NCBI GenBank assembly: GCA_973895155.1
Contig: OZ316892.1
Coordinates: 11,222,138-11,286,137, forward strand
Source: Marsupella aquatica
Taxonomy: Eukaryota; Plantae; Marchantiophyta
Direction: 5' to 3'
DNA length: 64,000 bases
The translations under genes were made by a program, and so were the position numbers. Below the pieces are notes generated by a model that was not told the origin of the DNA, ran no database searches, and saw only the letters and a list, made by a program, of their open reading frames with translations. Below, one piece after another: positions 12,215 through 25,500 of the stretch (position 1 is the stretch's first letter; every line of letters begins with the position of its first letter).

Positions 12215-15200
12215 TATCTTGTGGTAGGACGCGTAACATGTGTAATGCTCGGTAACTAGTCTTGCAGGCAGCAAAACAAAATACCTAGGAGCCTACCAGG
12301 ACCAAGGCAGATTCCTCTTTTATAAGGAAGTCCAGTTATGAAGAGAGGACCATCCGACAACCAGAGATGTATTTTTAGTTAGGCTTTGAAATTTACGATC
12401 AAAGGGAGCACTGGAGCTTGGTGTTTCAAGAGGAGAAGGGCTCGGAAACGTGGAAAGCTTTATAAGTGTAGATAGATCAAGCAAATGGAAGTGCTCCATT
12501 ACCATCCAATAACATCCAGTGTCACTTAGCCAAGCTCAGCGCAGTCGTTGAGCAAAAGTGTTCATTCATTCATTCATAAAGGTATTTTTGGAATTGAAAT
12601 TTGACAAAAAGCACATTTAAATTAAGGAATCCGCCTCCTGGTGCTAGACTTGATTGCACTCAATATCAGCATCGACGAGGCAGCTACCTCTGGAGTTGAG
12701 TAGTTATCTCTTCTCGCGAGGTGACTCTCCAAAGTTGGCAGTGTAGAAATGAAGCGTCAGCAACGTGATATCCTTTTGGACGCAAGAATTCAAAAGGGAG
12801 TAGCAGGTGAATATCGATTGCTCATCTTGATACCCATCGGTGATCTGTTGGACAGGTCACCAGAAGGGCTGGGCCTCACTGAAACAGGAGTTTAGCCAGC
12901 TTAGAAACTAACAAGGGACTACTGATTACGGAATAAGAAGATGGAAATGACGGTCAAAACAGTTCGATTATCTGAGCAGTAAATGTCATCCTTGCAGAAA
13001 GAAGTTCTTTTCCTGGCGGATATATGTAATTGCTAAATAACAGCGGTCACCGTAAACTAAAATTGGTCATGCAACCCAATTAGAATTGCATACATTCAAC
13101 TGCTTTCATTGACGAATAAATCCGACGACTACTGGTGCCGAACGATGACAAAAGTTTGTAATTGTCTCCAGACCAGTTGGCTTGTAATTAGGACACTGTC
13201 CAATGAAGAACCTCTCTCTAGTAGCAACGCTCTCCCATCGCCCTCTTAGACATGAGTACTGTGACCATGGGCAGGGTGAGATCGTCCGTTTCCTTCACAT
13301 GGAACACAGAATTGCGGTATGTGCAAGTGTGTGACCCATTAAGCCAAGGAAGAGAGGATAGGACTGGAAGCCACTGCCAGTTAGTTGACCCATCTCCAAG
13401 TCATTCACCAACTGCTCCCAGCTTCCCAATCTACCGCCTCATCCACGGAAATATGCTTCAGCAGACTGATCTTGGTCAGGAATATTAACAGGCAGGCGTG
13501 ATTTCAGCAGTGTGGCCTGCGAAGGAAGCATAATTATGGGTCCGTTGCCTGATCCGTTGCCTGATCCGTCATGGTAAATCTACTGTAGGAAGAGAAGAGG
13601 GATCAGGAGCCCAAGAACGAAGGGGCCGTGTACTGTATTTGAGCAGATGGCTGACGAGGATCTCGGCATGTCATTGGTTGCCGTGGATTCGAGCCAACTC
13701 TGATGTCATATAATTACGAGGAGGGCGGGGCGGATACGGTATAGCACAATCCTGTCAGCAACTGGCTCGTTGGCGTGCAAGGTAGAAACAGTTCGGTAGT
13801 GATGTATACGCCAAGTGCCCAGGTGGTGGATGAGGTCATCGAGGTTTTCAGACTTGGCAACGGCTCGTGTTCCTTTCTTTGGCCTTAGTTGGCACTCCGT
13901 CTCGGGACTGCTCTGTTGTAGCTGCTCTAAGTCGCATTCCATCTGATTAGAGCATTTCCTTCGATCCTGTCCTCCACGCGCGCCGTGGTCAGGTTTCTCA
14001 GTGGCGGGTGGGTTCTGCTGCTTAGCGTTTCGACTTTCAGCAGCGGCCGGGTTCTGCTTCAACTCAGCGACTAAGTTTTCACTCCATCGATCTCCATGCT
14101 CGCTGTGGCCACTGATCGAGTACAGTACTGCGTTCCGTCGTCCGAGAAAGTTGCAAACTTCAAGATTGAAGGTGTGAAGTAAGTGAAACCCTCATCATCC
14201 AGTCATGCTTAATCATGCTAGTCCAGTGACCTTTTCCGGTTGCCGTGTGAATGCTGTCCTTAATTGTGCGCCTCTGCCCAAGCTAACCTTACTTTCAAGG
14301 ACTTTCCTTTACTTCCATGCGAAATATTGAATTGCATCGAAGAAGTCGACGTGAGCTGTTGCGACTGGGATGAGATTGGATGGGACGGGCTGCATCGAGC
14401 ATGAGAAAATTGATTTCAATTGGTGGAGGGCATTTTTTTGTTGCGTACGTGGGTGGGGTTTGATCTGAGTACTGAGAGCTGCGTACAGTTTGGTGTGTGC
14501 GAGCATAAAACTCTCTTCCTAAACGAAAAAGAAAGCCCCCAAAAAACTCGCGCCCCCCTAGAATATCGCTTTCCATAGTGGTGCATGATCCAGCTAAATC
14601 ACACGAACCGGCTCAACCAGATCTAAGTTTGTGTACTTTTTTGTTTCCTTCAACTGCTGGCCTTAGCCCCTTAGCTGAATCTACTCAACACCGCCACTTC
14701 ATGACCTAGCCTCTCCATTAGTTTTCTACTGGACAACTCTGTCCCAGCTAAGTTCCTGAGTTCTTTCTGTATGCAGAGTGGATGTAGTTTTGGCGTAAAG
14801 TATCTCGTGATTGACTAGTGCTTAGCTACAGCTGCTGTTTCGTTGAATGTTTGCGCTCTTTCAAAATCCAGCACCAGCGAAGCTGTGATTCCCGCTCTAG
14901 AGGACAAATCTTTCGATGGCTGTGCGAATACCAAAAATCTCAATAGCAGCGGATTGACAGTGTCAATACAATCTGGGTTATCAATTTATCACCGCAATCT
15001 AGCTTCCCAGCATCAAATGTCATTCGCTTGCTTGCTTGTCTTTGCCGATTAAGGGTATTTGCTAGGCTGTGGTGGTTCAGCCAAAGCAGATCCAAGCATT
15101 AATATTTTAGCTGGTCCTCTCAGGATTGAAACACAAATGCATCTTGAATGTCACTCAATCTACTGGGACCTTTCATAGTACTGTGTGATTATTGGTTTGA

Positions 15201-15967
15201 GAGGGTTCTAAAGTCGGGCATTCATAAGGCAGGAATTTGTGGGAGAAAACTACTACTAGTGATAATTCGGGACGAAACTAAATTGTTCTTTCATTGGAGC
15301 CAGGATAGCGGAGACAAAAATCATAGCAATGCTATTTCGATTGTTGGTAGTTGCAGTGGAATATTGGTGACCTGTTCAAGCATGTGTAACTTGTGGAAGC
15401 AATGGAAGAAAGTTCAAGCCTTAATAAATTTAGATCAAGCTAGTGACATGATCTTTACTGGTATTTTAAATTACATTTTCTAATTTCTGTTCACAATGTT
15501 GTAAATCACGTAAATTCCTGTTCGATGTATAATTTATATGCTCTAAGCACTTACTACTACTGCCCATTCATGAGCCGATAAGATGACTTCAGTACTGGAT
15601 TTGATTTGATTCAACCAAGTTGAAATCTGCTTGCCACAATCTACTGTGTGATAATGAATAGCCTTGGCAGGTCGTGATGTGCTGCCTGTGCTTGATTAGT
15701 ACAATGACCTTAAGCTCGCTACGAGGGATTTTCACCGTGACAATTACTGCCCAGAGATAGATTTCCTTCAGTTCTTGGCACCTTACGCATTTTAGAGACT
15801 AAGGTTTGCAATTTTGCATAATTGCATAATTGCAGATATGCGATCGATTGACTACGGCGCACTGTTTCGTCAATTTGGAAGATGACGATCGTAATGCCTT
15901 CTTCATCTGGAGACATTCATTGAGCCTTCGTTGCTCGTATGTTATTCCTTTTGTGGCGTTCATTGCA

Positions 15968-17014
15968 ATGACTGGCAAGAGCGGCTCATCGGACGTTTCC
16001 TCTTGTGCTCCTCCCTGTGTCTCCGCCTCATCGGCTTCTGCTATCAGGGGCTACAGCGATGGGCCACCGTTCATCTTCAAAGGGAGAGCTCTATACCAGC
16101 TGCACGCAGTGAAGGCCTCCGTGGCTCGCAGGTTTGTGCCCCCGGAGCTCAAGCTGGTGGAAGCATTCGGATACACCTTGGGCGGTCTCTTTCTGGCCAA
16201 CTACGATGGCTCCCCAGCGGGAAAGTTCGATGAAGTTGTGGTGATTGCAGGCATTGTCTGGAATGCGCCCACCTCTTGTGCTTGGGCTGGCAGAGTCCTG
16301 GTCAGCAGTGAGGAGGCCCGAATCCATGGCAGGGAGGATGTTGGTCTACCAAGCCACCTTGCCAGTTTCTCTCACCAGGTTGTGGAACTTTCTCGACCTA
16401 AACCAAATCCTCCGACAAATCTTCGGCCGTGGTGGGATGCCAGAAGTTGGTTCTCCAGCTCTGCTCTGAGTCGGGGGAGGGCTCCAAAACCAAAATTGCA
16501 GCACTCGGTGCAGATAGTGCAGCAGAGAGAGGGTAAAATCCAGCTTCCTCTATGTGAGGTTATTGGGGTTCCTACTGTCCAGCGGCAATCCACTCGTGAA
16601 TCCTCCTCATCTGACCAGCAGCGGCAGCAACGATGGATGGGGCCGGCTATCCAGCTCTATCTGCCCAATTTCAGTGGTAAGACAAAGGACCAGCCGAAAT
16701 TGTTGAAGTATTCCTGTGCTTTGACATGCCGGGTCAGTGTGGTCCCTCCAGTGAGAATTATTGACTTGACGGGCGGCAGCGGCAGATCAACGGAAGTGAC
16801 CAAGGAGGATGAGGATGTGGTGACAATCTTGAAAGGGAAACCATTGGCCTCGATCTTCTTCGATGAAATGGAAATGCGTGTGGAAGCGCCCGCAGTAGTC
16901 ACTTTCTTAGCAGATGATAGCAAGAAACAGAAGAAGAGGGACCAGAAGTTGTTGAAGCCTGTAGCAGAAGATGCTGGTCCTGATTTCGGTACACCTACAG
17001 CCTCCACAGCGTAG
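15968..17014 (+). CDS. NXD1: NEOXANTHIN-DEFICIENT 1 homolog, single exon (348 aa from first ATG)
   Basis: Uninterrupted ORF containing GYSDGPPFIFKGRALYQLHAVK, LKLVEAFGYTLGGLFLANYDGSPAGKFDEVVVIAGIVWNAPTSCAWAGRVLV, GPAIQLYLPNFSG and LLKYSCAL, which match plant NXD1 as I recall it. The track's TTG start at 15830 is probably not used; the first ATG is 15968. Confidence 0.9.
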   Translation: MTGKSGSSDVSSCAPPCVSASSASAIRGYSDGPPFIFKGRALYQLHAVKASVARRFVPPELKLVEAFGYTLGGLFLANYDGSPAGKFDEVVVIAGIVWNAPTSCAWAGRVLVSSEEARIHGREDVGLPSHLASFSHQVVELSRPKPNPPTNLRPWWDARSWFSSSALSRGRAPKPKLQHSVQIVQQREGKIQLPLCEVIGVPTVQRQSTRESSSSDQQRQQRWMGPAIQLYLPNFSGKTKDQPKLLKYSCALTCRVSVVPPVRIIDLTGGSGRSTEVTKEDEDVVTILKGKPLASIFFDEMEMRVEAPAVVTFLADDSKKQKKRDQKLLKPVAEDAGPDFGTPTASTA

Positions 17015-17886
17015 CTTAGCATATATCTGGATTGGCAGATAGATATGTTTTGCAGCATATCCAGCTGTAGCTGTCTGCACCGTTGTATCATGTATAGTAT
17101 ATATGTATGGCAGATAAAGTGACCTAGGAGTGGGGCCATTGTACCACGCAGGGGCTGCAATCCCCTCGTGCATTGTGATGTCGTCTTGAAGACATTGATG
17201 CCTAGACAATTTCTGTAGATCTTAGAAGGATCAGGTACAACTTACCAAATTGAAATTGCGTTGGTGGAGAGGCGACACCACGTTGTTTGCCTGGTGTGAA
17301 AATAAATTTCAGGAGAGAGTAGCACTTAATTTCCAACTTCAAGATGCAATTCTACAGAACACGGAACTTTGAGACGAAGATCCATGTGACGAATGGGGAT
17401 GAGTGATTAGTTTCAAGTCACAATTTGTCTTCCGAGTCTCTTTCCTAGTACAAGCTAGCGACAAGTGGTAGAAATCCTGAGTCGCTTTTGCAGAATCTGG
17501 TGGGGTTGAAGTTTCCTATTCAGTTGACGAATTGAGGTGAAATGACGATCTGTTGGTTTCCAGCCAATTCTTTCTATACTGTGTAATTTCTGCTTTCCCA
17601 GTTTTACATACCATTGAGAGCCCTACAGTAGGGACCTGAAATGATCACGAGTGCTGCGAAATGTGCCTGGGGAATCGAAATAACTGATTAGCCAGTCAGT
17701 TTTTCATTCTTTCTTTCATCAATGAATCGAAGCCCTATCACGGACCCCACCCTGTCTACCGATGTACTCGATCAGAGAGGAACTCAGAGAGAGAACTATG
17801 AGTGACAATCGGTGGCTTCAAAATTGTTCAGAGCATCGTCATCGTCATAATCATGACCTATTGCAATGGTAGGAAGGCCCGAAGTA

Positions 17887-17894
17887 CTCTCTCT

Positions 17895-17938
<44 letters not shown>
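17887..17938. repeat. (CT)n microsatellite
   Basis: CT run with one interruption. Confidence 0.95.
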
Positions 17939-17942
<4 letters not shown>

Positions 17943-18184
17943 TCCCGGTCACACAAGAGTTCCTCCTCCCAACGGATGAGCTTCGGGGTGCTCTATCAAA
18001 GGGCCGCTTCAGGACCTATCCTCCCATGTGGAGGAGGTTTCTCCTGTCCACGACACAAACTCAGCCCCTGAGACCAAAACAAGAGGTACCAAGTACACGC
18101 GGGTATCTGCCTCTCAAAGCACAATCATCTCTATGAACCAGATATAGTTTGCATTTGTACAGCGGAACCTACTAACTACACAAC

Positions 18185-18615
18185 AACTGGTTCTGGTTCA
18201 GTCTGAAAAAGCCCTCACAATAATCGGTGCAAATACATGAAAACACATTCCTAGAGAGAATCGGCCGTCAACGAGACTATCTGGACCGGAGAAGAGACAT
18301 CCCTAGTGCTCTAATGATAGATTCTGCACTATATCTAAACTACAAAATAAACTGTTCGAGTTCAGTCTAAAAGTGCCCTCACAATAAAATGCGAAACACA
18401 TGAGAGAAATTCCTGGAGAGAATCGGCCCTCTCCAGCTAAACCATGTAATTCTGTTTGCCGATGAGACTATCTGGGCCGGCGAAACATTCCTACTGCTGT
18501 TATAATAGGTACTTCAGTACCTGTAAATCGGCCCTCTCCAACCAGACCATCCAATTCGGCTGCGCGATGAGACTGTCTAAACTCGGAAAGACATTCCTAG
18601 CGCTGCAATACTGGA
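18185..18615. repeat. Degenerate tandem array, about 3 partial units
   Basis: Recurring blocks GTTCAGTCT..GCCCTCACAATAA (x2), AATCGGCC (x3), GAGACT(A/G)TCT (x3) and ACAT(T/C)CCTA (x4). Confidence 0.75.
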
Positions 18616-20287
18616 AACCAGAATCCAATCATCAATCAATCTGTCCATCCCCACATCGGAGCTCTGCAGGTCGTGGAGTTGAAACAGCGGCAAGCGAAGA
18701 GCGGGCAAGGACGCGCCAACGCAACGAGCTGCTTGCGCCAGTCAGCGAGCCATTGACGGGGGCAAACAGCTCGGTGCATCGCCGCCAAACGCTCTTCATT
18801 CTCCATTCTCCATCCTCATTCTCCATTCTCCATGCGAACGAGCGACCAACGAGCAACCAACGAGCAACGCAGCAGTGTCTCGCCATCTCAGGCAGTACTT
18901 CCATAGCATAGCCTCTTGCAAGCTCTTGGGAAGCTTTGTCTTGTCCCTCCATCCGGCCGTCCGTCCATCCGTCCGTCCGTCCAGACAGTCCCCCTTCCAT
19001 AAGTGCCTAAAATGGGGCGTGTCAAATATACATCAGCCTGCAAAAGGACAAGAACGCCAAACAGGGGGCCCGGGCAGGCCCCAATGGTAAAGCAACTGGC
19101 CCCTAACCTTATGTTATGGGCCATTTGCAAAAGCCCATAATGCCACTTACAGACAAGACTTACGGACCGCCAAGTTACTGTAGCTGGTCCGCTGCTTTGA
19201 GCCGCCCCTTAAGGACCCACTTAGGAGTGCTTGCCCGCTCAAAGTAGGAGTTAAGGCTCCCTTCCATCTTGGACAATATTTGGCCGTAAGCCACAGAATA
19301 GGCCACGACAGTCATGAACTCAACCTAATTTTGCAAGTCTACCGTCGTTTCCATTCAGAGCTCGCAACTTAGTTGATGGTGTTCAAATTTCAAACTTGAA
19401 CCTTCCCCTCTGAATAAAGGGAGGGAAAAGGAAGGGGAAAAGGCCCAGAGAAGACCAAAGAGGTCCAACAAACCCAGGAGTCCCCATCAAAGCATCTTAC
19501 TTGTACCTCGCAATAGAAACCTACAATACATTTATGGGCCTAGGCCTAGAAGGTAACTCAGACTAGGTCACTTAACTCTTTGGGGGTGCAGGGAATATTT
19601 ACAAATCATAAGTAAGCATCTTTTTATTGTAGTTACCTCTATTAACCTAAAAGAAAAGAAGGGGTAGTCTCATAATTAAAGTCTTATGGTTGTGACTAAT
19701 TTGGACATCTAATTCTTACAGGGCACCTTTATAGGTAGCCTGAGAGGTTTTTGTCTTGGCCATAAAATTGTTTTATGTCTTTGGCCGTATATCATTTACA
19801 GCCCTGCTTTGACATGCCGCAGTAGAGTGTCTCAAAGTTGGCATGTGGTAGAAAATTATGGATTTATGATCCATCCCATAACTCTGGTTATGGGACCCAC
19901 TTAAGGATTTTTTTTAATGGGGGAATAAAATTGACCCACCCCAGAAGGCAGGGGTTATGGAAATACCATAATTAATTAAATTTGAAGATAAGATTCAATT
20001 CAAAGGTAAATAATTTGGTAACGTACAAAACAAACCAGGATAGTGTGTGATTTATGTTCAATATTAAAATATGAAAACAGGAGAGCAATATTTAGGACAG
20101 TGCATGCAGAAAACCTGATTATTTCTACTGTAGTCCCCTATAACTACAGCATTTTTCTTTGAAATTGACCCAAAAATGAAAATTTCATAACTGGGAGTAG
20201 CCTCTTGCTAAACAACAAATACAGTGCAGTCAGTCTATGAATGTACGTCTATGAATGTACATATGCATTTATCAGTTACTGCAGGGA

Positions 20288-20542
20288 ATGCACCAGATGC
20301 TTTTCTTGAATAGAGCTTGCAACAAATACATAGGTACTTACATGCACTTATCCGGTTCATAAGTGGCTGTTTGAAAGGGTGCAAATCTCAATTACACTTA
20401 TTAGAGAAGAGCATGTATGCACCAGATGCTTTTCTTGACTAGAGCTTGCAACAAATACATAGGTACTTACATGCACTTATCCGGTTCATAAGTGGCTGTA
20501 TGAAAGGGTGCAAATCTCAATTACACTTATTAGAGAAGAGCA
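20288..20542. repeat. Tandem duplication, 129-bp period x2
   Basis: ATGCACCAGATGCTTTTC...AGAGAAGAGCA starting at 20288 and 20417, with about 2 mismatches. Confidence 0.95.
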
Positions 20543-22532
20543 CGTTTCACTGCTCTAAAACAGCAATTCGACCAGAATCTGCAGTTATAGTGTTTAAATG
20601 CTAGCAGATACTTTGAAATGCACAAACTTAACTCCTTGCACTTATTGCAGAGTGCATATAGTGGATAGGTTCTACGAGAAGTTCACAACTTTGTCTTGTC
20701 TCTCACTTAGAAATCAACTTTCAAATGCGAAATTTCAAGAAAAAATTTAGTGTCTGAAAACTATGAATGCATGATCCTGAATGTCACTACGGTATTTTGG
20801 TCTGACAGTGGTCTGTCATGCTATTAGGACACATGGACCTACTAACGGAACCCAGGTCCTTCATGGAATATATTTGGTGGGCATAAGTAAAGAAATCATC
20901 CAAAAACGATGACTTGTCAGTGTTTACATCTAAGTTATATCGATGAAATATGAAGAGATGAATACAGGCCCTGTGCTGTAGTCTGGAAAATTATGAAATA
21001 AATGTTCCGCCCTGCTCCTCCATGAACTTGAATGCCTAAGCTTAACTTGCTCTCATATCTTTTCATGGATTCAAAATAGGTCTTACGATACACGACCTAA
21101 AACACGCCATGGTCTGATCATGCACTACCCAGGATCTTAGTCATGGGAAGTACTTCTCGTGGAGGTCCTCTGAAACCATGTCACCACAAGACCTTGTCCA
21201 AACACATTTTCTTTACACAGCAAAATGAGAAGTATATCTACAGGATAACGTAGGAGCTAGAATCTCAAACTTCCCATTTTCAGATCTCAAACGTTCTTTG
21301 TTGATGTACAACCATGAGGGCAAGTACTGATGTCCTAGTATCAAATTACTAATCATTCATAAAAACATTGGCGAGTCCTGGCCACAGCCACTTGACAAGT
21401 GAGAGATGAGTGGCATGAAGAAAATGGAAATGAAGATGCCATCCGGGTTTGCACTCGCTCGAGGTATCACCAGGTATCTTACTAGTTGAGGAAGAGACTG
21501 TGTGTCAGCAAAGGATAAACTTGCTGACACTACGGAATACCCAAGACTCCTCAAACAATTCTACATACCCTCGTTACACCACACCTCGCACCACTGTCCA
21601 CTAACAACTACTACAATAATGTGCTGCTGTGACTGGCGCTATATTACATACCCATACGATGCCCGTTACCAACCACAGGAAACAGGAGAGCCTCAAAGAT
21701 TTTTGTACTACTCCGTTCCTGTATTCATGTGATGCAGGACCGAAAACTTTCAAGATCCACATGATGCCTGTCCTGATAAGAGGTGGACATACAGCCAACC
21801 TGAGGTATTACGTAACGAAACGAGATTATCACAGTATTTACTCTAAAATCGAGAGCCATACTTGATTAGTCGCATCAATAATGCTCATTTGAAATAAAGA
21901 TCACTTAATTAAGTCGCAGCAACTGCGGCAAAGATATAGTAACGGGGATCTAAGAGCTTGAATATCGCATCTAAGAGTATTCGTTTGCAGCTAGCAGGTA
22001 GCCTTCAGCAACTTTCACACAGGATTTAAGACTAGACGCCTCTCTTACCTGCGGAATGACCTGAGAGCTCCCTTGCCATTCCTAGGTGTTCTCGATGGGG
22101 TCCAGAGGTTTTTCTGCAGAAGTTCCTATTTCAAAATGTTATCATCTGCAAAGCACGTATGGAGATTTTACGTCTGAAACCCCTAAATTCGTTCCACAGG
22201 TGCCCACAGATAAATGAATGGCACCTACAAGAGGACTGTTAGAGGGAAACCCAGTATCTGCGCCTACCTGCTTCATCTTTCTGCTCTACTTGCCATATTC
22301 AAAACTGAGAAAGCTACCCATGCATACTAAGGCCAACGTGATCAAGCACAGTAAATATCAGAATTGATCACCACTAGACCTGTGACTGATGACGGTAAGA
22401 ATTGAAACCACATCTGGAATATACACACAAAAACAGCGAGAAGAACAACCATTTTCTACGAGTTCAAACCTTTTCACCATGTCCTTTATTGGTTCCTCGT
22501 TCTGTAGCTTGCACACGACCGAGCAGGTACAA

Positions 22533-25500
22533 CTATTTAGCAGCACCACGCATATGGAGGAGCCCACTTGAAGAACCCATCCACAGCGTCCAAGGATTGT
22601 CATTCTCAAAGGGGGGTTCCTCCCAGAACCCACCCCACTGCTTGGAATCGGTTGTCCCTGTTATCATGAGCACAATTTAGATAAATCAGTTGAGATTCTG
22701 ACTTTGAAAAGGTGGTCTGTACAGGGCTTACGATTAGCAGCTTACGAAATGATGTGGGCCAGCTGACTGTCGTGACGGGGGAAGTAAGACCGCTCTCCAC
22801 ATGTAATAGACGGCCCGAGTCCACGCTCCAAATTCGTATGGCACAATCCTCCCCACCTGTACTGACGAGACTCAGAGAGTTGCTAATATACACTTCTAAG
22901 CCCTGCCATTGGCGCAAAGAAGCACAACTAGTAATAGCAGCGCTTCTCTATCAACGCGATGCAGGCTACTCAGCAGGCGATGAACTAAACAAGTACTGAC
23001 AGCGTTTCCCACTCAGCCAGAATCTTCGTGCTTACTATATGGAAACTAAGGTCATGTGTTACTACCTCAGAGTCAGCTCTCGGAAAGTAAGTACCGTAAC
23101 AAAAACCGGTTACCTGATACGAGCAGCCTTTCTGTTGGGTCCAGCCCGAGCTGTAGCACAGTATGTGAATTGACATGTCCTTCATATGACCTTATTGGGC
23201 CCCGTTCTACAATTCTCCGATCCCATTGCTGGATCTGATTCGATCATAGCGATGAAAGATTAGGACACAAGCTAGTTATCATACAAGTCCGATATTCGTC
23301 ATTTGATATTGCAAACCAATATCTGCAACACGTGGTGATAGGCGGGGAGCCAGGACTTGTTTTGTGGTGGATGCTTACATCTCCATTCATAGCACTTGCT
23401 AGAAGATACCACTCACTGGACCGAAGAAGAGCTAAGCTGTCCCAAATCAAAAACACAAAATTTTAGTTATACATTGCAATCCCACAGAAAGCAGATAGTA
23501 GTATTAAATTCTGACCTCCAGGAAGCAATAAAACTGTCAGTGGCTTTTACATATGTGCCAGTAACTAGAACCCTTATACTCCTTACAGTACAGGAAATAT
23601 TATTTTCTCAGAGAAGTGAACCTGCCTACAAATTGCCGACTTCATTTGCATGATTGTAGAATGGCTGCAGTATAACTTATCCACGTTACTCAAACTCCGT
23701 TGCCCCTGCGACCATTGTGTGTAAGACCTTCCTGACAGAAGGATAGAAGCTTGCAGTATATGCGATCGCATAACTCGACAGAACTCTGATTCAAGCTCAG
23801 TAACAATCTAGAGAAACAAAAGAGATTGATGTTTTCTCCGAAAATAGGTCTCGAGTCCTTCCAGATGTACCTTAAAGTTTCAGACTGGAATCAGAGAATT
23901 ATAAAAACCTAATTGTGCTTGATATTTCCAAATGGGAGGCCAAAGCGTTACCTCGCCAGCTTGATGTGGTCCTTCATAAGATTTTCTCATCTTCACATAT
24001 GGTCTACTGTCTTTGGATTGATGACGTTTCCCTTGCCATTTGCTCAATGAATTGAATGTCCGCCGACTCACGTTAACAGCAGAAGAATGGGATGTACGTG
24101 ATTTAGGTTGTGGAAGCCTCAAATCAATGGTTGAAATAACACCATTTCGAAACCCACAGAGCACTATATTTCCCTGAAAAATGGAACAAAATTATTGATA
24201 ATAGAAGTGATGATTAAGAGAGAAAACGACCATCTCTCGTGCCCGCACACACACACATCATCGCTACTTTTGAGGAAGGTTTTCTGTGAACATGAAGAGT
24301 TGATTGCAAGAATGGTTGTAGAACAAAGGTTGCATCCTACTAGCTCATCAATGTACTGCGACTCAGACACTGGATTCTATGAGCATCTGCAGTACAAGCA
24401 GGCGAAGAACCATTATAACTTACTGAGCTGTCAAACTGCTGCGAGAGAACATCACTAGAACAGCGGCACAACGATGACATTTGACCTTTCTCCAAATCCA
24501 CAATCCCTGCCCCTGAGCTCATCCCTGCAGTAAGTGAGACGAGCTATAGTAAATTAACGAAGCTTCCATGAAAGTCCAATGAGCTGAAATTTCTCAAAAT
24601 AAGCTGGTGAGAGCCTTCACGAAGAAAAGAAAAGAAAAAAGAAAAAAGAAAAAAACGGGGGGGGGGAAGAAGAAAGAAAGAAAACTTTCCATCCTGCCAG
24701 GGTCCAGAAGGCAAGTTAGCGTGAGAATTTTTACCAAGACTTGCTGAACTTCCCCTGGGATTGCTTTCTGAAGTCCAGACACTCTGACTCGTGGTGACAT
24801 TTGTTGAAAGTCGGAACGGGAGAGCACAAATATACTGCTGCAAGGGATTACTGAGGTAGCCTTCCGTAGGACACAGTAGGTACAGAGCCCCACCATTTAC
24901 ACCATTACCCAGTGTGGTGATTCTGACCGTAATGTCAAGGTGTACCATCTCCCTGTCAAGTTGTGGACTATTTATCATGCAGGCATAAATCATTTCCAGA
25001 AATGAGGTGGACATTTGGAATCAAACTTGTGCTGGAAGATGTTTGAATAAAAATCCTAGCTCCTTAAAACCAACCAATCCGTAGCCATAGTGGCAAAAGT
25101 TTCCCATTTTAGTGTGACCCAGGAACCATCCTTGTACATTTCACTCCACACCATGATCACTCACACAAACTACACGAACTTGAGCCGAATAACTCAAGAC
25201 AGCAGACGGACCTAATTGCCATGTCATCACCAAATGACTACATCCCATGGCCCAATTTCCTTGTATCATTATGTTCGATTCACTCTGCTACAAATCCCTC
25301 CAATGTCAACAGTGTCAGGAGACAAAGAACACTTGGCATTACAACAGTCACTATGATTAATCGACAAGGATACATCACACTTTGCTGCAAGCGATTCCCA
25401 TTCTGAAGACGATCTCGATCTGACCATTCGTTAAGTCTTTTGATAGAAGTGATTTTGGAAGGAAAGACAACAGTTTTCATGGATGGCCAAAGTACTGGTG

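Noticed and set aside
15830-15967. N-terminal extension of NXD1 from a TTG start
   Set aside because: Non-ATG start with no homology; the first ATG is at 15968.
18185-18615. CRISPR-like repeat-spacer array
   Set aside because: The units are long, degenerate and irregular, the context is eukaryotic, and there are no cas genes.
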